Shown here: piece by piece, positions 1 to 64,000 of the stretch | How the letters are laid out: each line of letters starts with the position of its first letter | Position numbering within the stretch: the first letter of the stretch is position 1 | Origin: Lingula anatina | Lineage: Eukaryota > Animalia > Brachiopoda | DNA: 64,000 nt | Direction: 5' to 3' | Assembly (NCBI GenBank): GCA_051362555.1 | Contig: CM120641.1 | Coordinates: forward strand, 44,894,401 to 44,958,400 | The notes under the pieces: model-generated | Database searches by the model: none | Told to the model about the DNA's origin: nothing | Seen by the model: the letters and a program-made list of their open reading frames with translations, nothing else | Program-made: the position numbers and the translations under genes

Positions 1-390
1 AATGTGCTTTTTAGCTGGCCTCATGGGATAGCCTTGACCAGACAGGGTAATCTGGTTGTGACAGATATTGGAAAGCAGTGTGTCTATGTTCTGACCATAG
101 AAGGGGAAGTATTACACAGGTATGGTAGGCAAGGGTCAGCTTCAGAGGGGGATGACTGTTTAGGTTCCCCATGGGGGGTGTGTGTTGACCAGTTTGGTCA
201 CATACTGGTCACTGACAAGTTCAATGACCGTATCCACATGCTGTCCCCAAGGGCTGAGTTTATATGTCATGTGGTCACTAGAGGGAATGGTCTAGTAAGA
301 CCCCTGGGTATTGTTTTAGACCAGGAGGGTCATCTTATTGTGTCTGAGGATGGGACTGGGAAAATTAAAGTTTTTGATTACCTAATTTAA
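1..390 (+). CDS. 3' end of an NHL-repeat (TRIM2/3/71-like beta-propeller) protein, nested antisense in an RyR intron; 5' truncated by window edge
   Basis: Open frame from base 1 to TAA 388-390 with three NHL repeats (PHGIA..GNLVVTD; PWGVCVD..GHILVTD; PLGIVLD..GHLIVSE..KIKVF). Confidence 0.9.
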   Translation, partial: NVLFSWPHGIALTRQGNLVVTDIGKQCVYVLTIEGEVLHRYGRQGSASEGDDCLGSPWGVCVDQFGHILVTDKFNDRIHMLSPRAEFICHVVTRGNGLVRPLGIVLDQEGHLIVSEDGTGKIKVFDYLI

Positions 391-513
391 GACCAGTTAT
401 GAATATATATTAGATTCTCTTTGCATCAAGTGGTACAGTTTTCTGTATGGTGCCAATCTATCTGGTCCTTAAGTGTAATAATGATACAGAGTAGTGGGAG
501 GTTAACTCCCTTT

Positions 514-514
514 C

Positions 515-558
<44 letters not shown>
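514..558. repeat. (AAT)n microsatellite
   Basis: Direct inspection. Confidence 0.95.
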
Positions 559-559
<1 letters not shown>

Positions 560-1095
560 TAATATGTACATGCACGTTTTGAAATCAGATGTGAGGCCTT
601 GGCTGTATTCAGAATACAGAGAGCATAAAGTGTATAGATATCCACTAACCATACTCAATCATTCATTTATTGATGCTTTCATCTACAATACAGCTTCTGA
701 AGCTTCTTTTGTGTATAGTTAGGGCCTCTGTGTATATTAAACTTTTGACTGCAAAATTGATTATAAAATCAAATGTAATATGTTTATTGCACATATAACC
801 CTCAATTTGTACACAAATTATACTTCATGCAGATTGTTTTCTTTTTTTTTTTTTTTTTTTTTTTTGTTGTTAGATGATTTGTTTAGTCTTTAATACACAG
901 CAAATAATTGTTTTTCTTTATAAATTTATTGGTTGTATTTTTGGCTAATGTATATGATGTCTGGAGAGTAAATTCCTGTCAGAGATCCATCACAATAATA
1001 ATTAGAAAAAAAATTTTCATATATTGTTGTTTTTTCAAAGTATAATTGAACAACAATTAACTTTACTTGAACAAGTTTTATCTATCAATGTCTAT

Positions 1096-1308
1096 GACTG
1101 CATTCCCACAGGTTTAGATCGATTAAAAGGGTTGACCTAACTCCCTGGGGGTTCTTGCTAAATTGCTGTCAGCGGAGCGTGCACTATAGTTAATTACCCC
1201 CTTACAGCTTTTAGTAGGTGGGCAGACATTTAAGCCTGATTAGCTGACACCAATCTAGTGAGACTCCCCAGGGGGATAGATCAATCTAAAATCTATGGGA
1301 ATGCAGTC
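1096..1308 (+). mobile_element. MITE family A (Harbinger/Tourist-like)
   Basis: TIR gactgcattccca..tgggaatgcagtc; internal core shared with copies at 29867, 53030, 61524. Confidence 0.85.
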
Positions 1309-1832
1309 TATGTGACGATTGCTCAGTTATGTCAAGAGAGACTGACACCTGATACCACAGTGATATAAATATCAATATTGTAGCACTAACTCTTGGATTA
1401 ACATTATCATTAAATCTGATGAAATTGGAGATGCCATGTTTGCCTTCACTAAGCACAGCCATGATATGTCTAACAGACCCCCCTCCCTCCCAGCAAAGGG
1501 TGTCAAACATGAGATCTGCCACATATGTGTACTATTGCAGAGTATCAGATTTAATAGACCAAGGAATCTGGAAAATTAAAGGGATAATATCTCTTTGTAT
1601 GAGATCTATATTTCACAATAATAACATTAAAAACAACTCATAGAAATATAATATAGTCAGTTTTACCACAAAAACGGCAGTAATAGCTATTATTCTGATA
1701 TCTGAGCTTGTCATCGGACCATGTGACCTCCATAGATGGCTATACTCTGTAATAATCTCTTAAGAGATTATAACCAAAAATAAACTTTTTAGAAAAAAAA
1801 TAGGGACTAACTTTGAATGTGGTGAAAGTGGG

Positions 1833-1913
1833 GTGAAAGTGTATGACGACAATGACGGCGACAACAGACGCAGGTGACAGCTGAACGTACAGACCACTTG
1901 TGTCTGTACCTAA
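1833..1913 (+). mobile_element. Diverged 3' terminus of the same HINE family
   Basis: gtgaaagtgtatgacgacaatgacggcgacaacagacgcaggtga..gtacagaccacttgtgtctgtac resembles 9983-10074. Confidence 0.65.
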
Positions 1914-2157
1914 TGATCAAGGAATAACTGTGCACAAACAGACAATTATTAATTAAGATGTGTGTATACACATGAGTGTGTATGGGACAGCCATATATAT
2001 CCTTGTTCTTTATTTCTATTTATTAATCTCAAACTTACGGAAATTTTCTGCCAACATGAACCCATAAACTGAAAGCAACTCTATCCTTAAATCCTTAAAA
2101 ACACATGTTATTATTAATAAAGACAAAGATGGCAATGCTTTGAAAATGCATTGGTAC

Positions 2158-55874
<53,717 letters not shown>

Positions 55875-56648
55875 CTGAAAGACAGAGCAAGACATCTTTG
55901 GCTTCAAGAATCTCTTTTCACTCTCAAACAAAAGTGCACCATCACAAAAAGACAGACCCTACAGGGACGTCTCTATCTTATTCCATTGCCATGGCAACTA
56001 TCGGTAAGCAATTTATTGAACTTCTCCAGAGCCTGAACCACTTTGGCATCCTTGGAACATTTGCCAAATGCAATTTGATTTTATGCTGTGACAATATGGT
56101 GCATTCTTTATTTTTCTTTATTGATCTGGACCAACTTTAGCACAGCACATTTTCACCAAAAGCTAAAAATGTTCTAATTTGGCAAGAGAAAATGTCCAAC
56201 ATTTTACCATATTTTGACAAAATTACCCTTGATTTGGTTCAGCGTTTTGATTTGGCTAAAAACACCCCCTATTCTTTGGCTTACAGAAATTCTATCCAAA
56301 ATTGAGTCCATTTATACAGATATGGTTCAAGTTTATTAGCACTAATACATGACCAAATACTAAGGACCAAAACTGCAAAAACCAAAACTGCAGCCTTATG
56401 GGAAATTACTAGTTCAAGTACCATATGTCGGTCCCAAGAACAGAAACTATACCACAGCAACATCCTATTTTTTTTTTTTTTTGATACATTGCAAAACATG
56501 TTAAGAAGAAGAACAACAACAATAACTCAAAGAAAAACTTGAAAGAATTCAGGATTTACATGCAGTTATTTTTAAACTCAAAACAGAACCTTTTTCTAAC
56601 TGTATATACTCCTTTTTCTTGCCCTTAAAAGAAACTCTGGGTCTGTAG

Positions 56649-56832
56649 AAGCGCATTCAGAACAGCAGACTACAGGTCTGTGGATCAAATATGGCGACCC
56701 ACTAAAGAGCTTGCTGTTTAATTCCCAATAAGACACTGAATAGATTCCCAGCAGGGATTACGCAACAAGCATTCAAGTGGGACGGCCATATTTGATCCAT
56801 GGATCTGTTAGTCTGCTGTTCTGAATACACTT
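56649..56832. mobile_element. MITE family B
   Basis: gcattcagaacagcagact..agtctgctgttctgaatac; same core. Confidence 0.8.
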
Positions 56833-58037
56833 TAAGTGCGTTTTAGTCAAAAAGATTTCAAATGGGAGTAAATCTGCAGATAATGGGTCATCGTACAATC
56901 AAAATCATGTTAAATGCAAGGATCATATCTTATTATTACCAATATATTGTAAAATATTGAATATATTGCTCGCCAAGTCTATATACCCACACATATATCA
57001 ATATAAACACAGACACATTTAAATGCACATGATAAAAACTCTGTGCCTAGTGGAAAAAATAACTGCAAAATATTATCATTCCATGTATGTTTTCAGCAAC
57101 TCTAAGTTTTAATGTTGAAACTGTTCATTATACCCATCATCTTAACTTCTGACAAGTGATCATTATGGATATTATGCTGAAACTCTATAGCTACAATTTA
57201 CTTCACGGTTTCTAACTACAAAACTGGAAAATGATACCGTGATGACACACACAGACAGACATAGGTGATCAAACCATTTATAGTAATTGTACATAAAAAT
57301 AGGAGAATCTGATATAAATATATATATAGCTTATCATTCCCATCACATAAAAAGGATACCTATTATAAGATCCAATGTTTGTTGTTTTTTATACGATTCA
57401 AAGTAACAAAAAATTTTGCATAAAGTGCATTCAGTAGGAATAAACCTCAATGGTTGGATCTTGTTATCAATAGTACAATACTCTAAGTTCAGGGTTTTTT
57501 TCAATATCATCTAGAGACAGACACTTTACAGTGAAACGTCTTTATTCATTGGTACTTGGAAAATAGAGGTGGCTCATATGGCCCAGTTTACATAAAAATA
57601 AATAAATAAATAATAAATAAATAAACAAAAAACAAAAAAAAAACAATAAGGATTTGAATGCATCATATGGAGCTATAAACATGCAAACATGATGTTAACG
57701 TACATACATACATAGTGCTAGAATAGACAATTGAATCTCTATGTCTATCTGATTATGCAAAGTGTACAGTCATGTTTTACACTAAGGGTCTCTAGGAGGC
57801 TGAATGCTTGCTGTTCATTACTGCTCTATGTTTAAACACATAAGGTTCTGCGAGACAACTAGTTGAAGTTGAATTTTTTTTCTCCTCTTCATCTTGGGGG
57901 GGGGGAGGAGGGGGGTTAGTTTAATGTTATGTCAGGAGTTCATGTTTCTCTTGACATGCAGATTTCATTTAATCTATTGTAGTTTCCAAATTGGTGGTTA
58001 TTTTTCTTTCTTTATTATTTAATCATTTATATTCATT

Positions 58038-58139
<102 letters not shown>

Positions 58140-59333
58140 TTTTTATTTTTGTTATATATCTTTGTTCTATATCTTAATACACATGACATAAAGATTACAT
58201 GAGTATACTTTGCAGGTGGTTAAAACATTGTTATTTTCATGACAGTCAATGTCAAATCCTCAAACCCGAATCTGTCCCATAAACTAGATAAAGAATTAAA
58301 ACCCCTGCATAATAACATCATTGTTTAGTACCTTTTAATACTTACAATAACTCGTATTCATCAAGAACTAATCTCCTATACCGCTTAATCAGATAAGACG
58401 TATGCCCACTCACATATTTTTTTTGGCCAAACTGCATGTAAACAAATTAACACCAAGCCTATTTCCAATGTCAGATAATCAATTCTTCTCTGTACTATCT
58501 ACAACTGACATAAATATTTGATAACCTTTGAGGTCCTGAGCTATTAGAGAGTAAACAACTGGTTATAAAACTAATCATCAAATCCTGACTCTTGGTTTAA
58601 AACAATAGGGTACAGTCTGATTAATTATCATCTAAATATATTAGTCAGTTACCCATGGGCAGGTAAATTCTCTGGGCCATGTATTCCGTGACTAGAGAGA
58701 ATAATTTAGAAAGAAAAGGAAATTAAAAGAACCCTTTTTATTTTCTCTGCCATTTGTCATTGGTAAAGAGATTTTGATACACACTGGAGACTCAAATGTT
58801 TCCTAAATTTGCACTAACAAAAAAAACCAAAGGAACAACTAATTTTACAGCCATCAAACCTGTCAAGCTTATTACTGTTATGAAATAGTTAAACACTTGT
58901 ACTCGTACACAAGTCTTAAACTTGCTCCTGTAAAAATTGTGGAACAACAGATTATGTTGACAATACTTGGTTTCATGGCCAGAATTACATAACCTAGCTA
59001 TCAAACCTATTAAGCCTAATTGCTCTAACAAGCTAACTGAGCCATGATGCCCCACACGTAATAATAGGTGTGATCTCCCACTAAAAGCTACACGGTACAT
59101 GAGTTTAGAATACTATAAATTCAACAAAATAATTTAACTTTTCAAGGGAGAGAAACTATGATGTGCTAAACTCCAAGTCACCTTATTGAATAACAGGTGT
59201 AACACTATGGCTCAGCGATCTTAGCCCTTATATCTATACTCAGTATATCAATCATACAGACGAACTGCACATGAAGTATGTTCAAGTCCTCAAACCCATA
59301 TATTTGCCTTCAATATTAAAACCAGCTTTGAAT

Positions 59334-59370
<37 letters not shown>

Positions 59371-61523
59371 AATCATTTTCACATGTACTAGAAAGTATGT
59401 GGGACCTAACTATTTATTGTTTCTTAGGAAGCCTAACTGCAGACAAACAAACATGAAACAGTAATTAGGTACATTTCCAATTTATTACACCACAGACCCA
59501 TGCACTATGTATGCTCTTTAATGCAGTCAGGAGTACATTGCTTATTTCAAAAAAGCCTGAATTCATATCACACATGTATGTATACAAAACTTATATCTAT
59601 CATCAACAAACTTCCTACACATCACACCTCTGTAGTGTACTACCTAGTCCTCTGATTGTTATCATCCACATCCACGTGGAGATGAACACCTCAGAAACTC
59701 TAATTAACCCACCTCAAAGAGACACTTTGCAAAATAATCCACCTCCCTGGGCTTTGCCATGTGTCCGGCTCTCTAATGGTCCTATAACATATCTGTCCCA
59801 GTCCCCTGGACCAACACAAACATCCACCTTCCAGGCTCTGTCAGCCAACAGACAATATCATATGATTGGATTAGCCAGTACACATGTAACCTCCTTCCCT
59901 ATAGCTGCTGGAAGCCACTGCCTTTCACTGCAGACAATGCCATCTCAGGAGACTTATTAACACATAGGAAATTGCCCATGACCAGAACAGCTGTTGCTAA
60001 GTTGAAGAAAAGTGAAGGAAGGGGGGAGGGGGGAGGGGGGTCCACAGGATGCACTTCTATTTGTGTAGACTTCCTTGTCATGGCAGGACAGTCTTATTTT
60101 TGTGAAGTCAACCACACTGTCAACCATGCCTGACCACCAGGTTACAAGTTGTCAACAAAGGAGCCTTTGATGATTTATCACACAGTCTGGCCATCAGTGG
60201 TGTGACACATGCCCATTATCTTACATGATACCAGAACTACCGGAACTACCATCCAGGTAATGGGTTTTTGCCTTGATCCCTCGTCATGCCTCCCTTTCCC
60301 CTTCACTACACCTCCCATTTTCCTTACCAGCCACCCTTACAGGCACACTGAAACTACCTTTTTATCTGTTCCTCCAATATCAACATTGCTACTAAGAGGA
60401 GAGGAAAGATGTTATCAGTGAGGTTTTACAGTTTTCAAAGAGGTAGCTGCCTTCAGCCAGTAATTGAGAAATATCACACAATAAAACAGACAGTCTCTGT
60501 TGACTGTGTTCTTTTAAACATGTACGTAATCGCTGCCATGGTCCCTGGAGATGAGTGCATGCAATCATCTCTTGCAATGAATAATACAAGCACACACACA
60601 CACTTGGTCTCTCTATCTATATTATATTGATTAAGAAGGCTGATGCATATCTTATAAACAAATGTTTCAATTTGTCACTTGGGACAAAAATTTTGCAGCA
60701 GGTCTATCGAAAAGAAAAAAATTACTCATTGGCTTGTTCATTAATGGAACAACTTGAAAGGGCAAGACTAATTATTTCTCTTTTAATAAGACAAGATTAA
60801 ATTCAATCAAATAGGCATAAGCTTGCAAACACTGAGCAACTGTTGTCTTGTCTTAAAAAGCATCCACTGAAAAGAGAAAGCCATTTTTCTGTTAGTAATG
60901 TGGATTTTGAAAATAATGCCAGCATTGAGATACATGTAACACCAAAGTGCATTTTTGGAATACTGCTGGCAGTTGAAGGCCACCTTTATAACTCTTGTTT
61001 AACAGGATTTTTTCATGAAATTCTCTGTCACTTTACAGCCACCAAGAGCAGGTGTTAAAAACATGTAAAATGTAATATGTCTGTCAAGCACTGTTGGTAT
61101 GGAAACTAGATACAAAACTAATTGCAAAGTGTCTGTCTGATAAAGATCTTTAGTGAGGGCTAATGACCATGATGGGCAGGAATGGGGTGAAGGTTAACAG
61201 CACCTTCACAATATATAGAATAATAGTTCAATTGCACTACAAGACACCCTCTTAAACGATAATCCCTCCTACAGGTGATTAAAGAAATATTGTTTTTTAT
61301 TAAGCCTTTTTTTTTCTATAATTCCGATCAACAAGAGTCTCATAATTTACTACAATCTAGCCTTTACTTCTGTCAGTATGCAGCTCATATTTACATTTGT
61401 GGTGATAATTTCTGCAGCTTAGAGGCTATGCTACGTTTTGAAACTCAGGGTGCACCTGATAAAGAGACAGGTTTAAACTTGCTATATGTATCACAATGTC
61501 CACTTGCCACCCTGACTTTCAAA

Positions 61524-61738
61524 GACCCCATTCCCAGAGATTAGATCGGTCCAAACTAGATCAACCTAACTCCCTGGGGGTTCATGCTAAATAGCTGTCA
61601 GCCGAGAGGGCAGGAAAGTTAATTACCCCCTTACAGCTTGTAGTAGGCGGGACGGACATTTAAGCCGGATTATCTGACAGTAATCTAGTGAGACTCCCCA
61701 CGGGGATAGATCGATCTAAAATCTATAGGAATACACCC
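61524..61738 (+). mobile_element. MITE family A
   Basis: gaccccattcccagaga..ctataggaatacaccc, 215 bp. Confidence 0.88.
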
Positions 61739-61756
61739 AAAGTTAACTGGAATTTA

Positions 61757-61995
61757 GACTGGGTTTCCATACCTAGAACTATCTAACAGGATTGATCCAT
61801 CTCTGAGGGGTTTCTCGCTAAATTGCTTTCAGCTTAAGCACACCTACTGAAGCTGCTAAACGATAATTAATTACCCCTATCAACTTTAGTAGACATGACA
61901 GACATCTAAGCCGCTTAAGTTCATTGCAATTTAGTGAGAATCCCCTCAAAGATAGATCGATCCACAGCTAGTACAATAGGGTTTGGGAATGGTCC
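61757..61995 (+). mobile_element. MITE family A2
   Basis: Similar to 53486-53741. Confidence 0.8.
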
Positions 61996-63140
61996 GTAAC
62001 AGAAGAGGCACGCTGACTGAAAATACTGCCTGCACTGTTAAATTCAGGGTGCTACATTAAAACAGACTTGGAGGAGATGGTATCTACTCATCAACCCAGA
62101 CCCACTGACTTTATAGATATGCCACATGAATGGTATTGCTCTCCTTTGTTTATTTTGTAATTACCTGTCCGATTATACATGAAATTCACATTATGAGTCT
62201 TTTTTTTTATCAGAAATAAAGTAAAACTCATTTCAGCCTATAGATTTGTCTGTCAGATGAAATAAAATTGAGGAAGATAATACTTCACTTTATACTATTT
62301 AAATCTCATAGATTTTGAGTGTTAGTTAATCATTATAGATGCCATAGATTTAGAAATTAGTTGTATCTGATAATGCATCTCAAATCCATTGCATTTAGAC
62401 AGTGGTAGTGCTGGTAGATCTAATTTTTCTATATTGAAGAAACAATTTATTTTAAAGCCACGCCAATACATCTTTTCTGTCAATTGTAATACCCTATTTC
62501 AAACAAAAAGTGACACTTCAGAAAAATTGTAGTTTGATTATCTCTCTTCTCGATTTCAAATTTTTGTCCGATTGCTTCTCTAATTTTGCTTTGACTAGAA
62601 AATTTAGTCATACTGCTATTCATTGTGTATTTTTTGAAATTTTCTCACGAAAATATGGTGAAACATTATTCATTTGTATAAAATATAAAGTATGTTATGG
62701 TAAATTCAGTACATGGTCTGAGCTAAATAATTATATAATGATAAAAAAATTCACAAAAAGTCTATACTTTTTATTTTATTTATCATTATCTTCTTTTATA
62801 GGGGTATAAGTCTACTAATTAAATTTATATAGGTGACTACATAAGGATAATTTCGCAATATTGGTGAAAAAGCATTCAACAAAATTCCACCAATGAATAT
62901 AGTGCTATAATGCAATGGGATGCTGTGACTGCTGAAAGTAAAATGCTTTTAAGGCAATACTAATTTCCTCTAGGGAATTAGTTAAAAGGGCAAAAAACAG
63001 CTTTGTCATCTAAAATCCTTGTCAGTCTTCCCTAGAGCAAATTTTAGGCTGAAGTTGTTTCATGACAGATTCAGGTTTTACATAAGAACTGAAACTCAAG
63101 AGTTGATTTTAATTTAAAGACATAACTTTTAAGTTTCCTT

Positions 63141-63335
63141 TCATCATCATCATCATCATCATCATCATACTGATCCTCGGCATATCGAATATTGTCGGCA
63201 CACTTCATGGACCAATCCCTTCCACTTCTTTCTGTCAACTGCCATCCTCGTGACCTCTGCTAAACATTTTCTTGTCCATTTTTGTATGTTGGTTTTCCAT
63301 CCAAACCTTGGCCTGCCATGTTTTCTTTTTACTGC
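63141..63335 (-). mobile_element. 3' fragment of an RTE-clade-like LINE
   Basis: Encodes KRKHGRPRFGWKTNIQKWT..AVDRKKWKGLV (typical RTE ORF C-terminus) followed by a (TGA)n tail. Confidence 0.75.
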
Positions 63336-64000
63336 GACACTTACAAATGTTGATGTAAAAGACCAAGGCAAATAACAGGTGTCCTTTGACCACTGATAAA
63401 TCAGTTATAAACCAATAAAAATTATTAAATATCGAACACTTTTATTAAAGAAAGAAATTACTCCTGTTTTTGACCAATAGTTACTTTTAAGTTGACAACT
63501 GCAAATTTATGATGACTTTAAAAAGACTGAAATGTTCAGTCTCAAAGTAAAAACCAACCTTCAGTTCCAAGTTCTTTTATGAAATAAGATCAGAGTTTAC
63601 CTGACTCAAACCAGAATAGTAAAATACAACCAGGTTTCTTTTGTCTGAAACAGATACTTTTCCCAGGGAAACTGTCCAACCAAAGGTCAAAATACTGCTA
63701 ATATGAATAAAGTATTCTTAGTGCTGGTCTTTTTTTTTCACTTTTTCTTCTTTCTCAGATGTAGTCCAGCATACACAATTCTCTCCCACAATTGTCACAG
63801 CTATTATGCCTAAAATTCTACTTCTCTGTAGCATTCTTAATGCAAGCTTTTTTTGACTCCTTTAAGGATTTCAATTTCACAGTAAATTTTAAATTCTTAT
63901 CTAAGAAACAAGTTCATAAGAAAGAAATACAAAAGCATGACAATGTATATAGACCAAACTTTGTGCAAAGCAGTAATCATGAGAGATCCTACAACATGCA

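Noticed and set aside
59511-59960. 149-aa plus-strand ORF
   Set aside because: No domain or convincing splice context; likely chance
62164-62180. ATG..CGGACAG|gtaatt as possible RyR exon 1
   Set aside because: Ends in phase 1, but the next exon needs phase 0; lacks the usual acidic N-terminus

Overview
AT-rich animal genomic DNA; the repeat types suggest a lophotrochozoan or mollusc, which is inference only. The window is dominated by the 5' part of a minus-strand ryanodine receptor (RyR) gene. I hand-spliced 51 GT-AG exons (55874 down to 2158; 7012 nt, ~2337 codons, open and phase-consistent) covering the N-terminal MIR/RIH region, SPRY1, Repeat1-2, SPRY2, SPRY3 with a long divergent insert, and the junctional/bridging solenoid. 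The first coding exon and the C-terminal half are not in the window. The introns hold the 3' end of an antisense nested NHL-repeat gene, three identical tRNA-Ala(AGC) genes, two copies of a satellite-bearing Helentron-type non-autonomous element, a 1.95-kb long-TIR DNA element, many Harbinger-like MITEs, an RTE-LINE tail and microsatellites. The most interesting signals are predicted unannotated frame-preserving RyR alternative exons: a 78/72/63-nt cassette cluster in the DR2-equivalent insert (the 72-nt exon creates a TAA unless followed by the 63-nt exon) and two 21-nt microexons in one 8-kb intron. I found no clear evidence for a wholly new genetic system. All splice predictions need RNA-seq confirmation.
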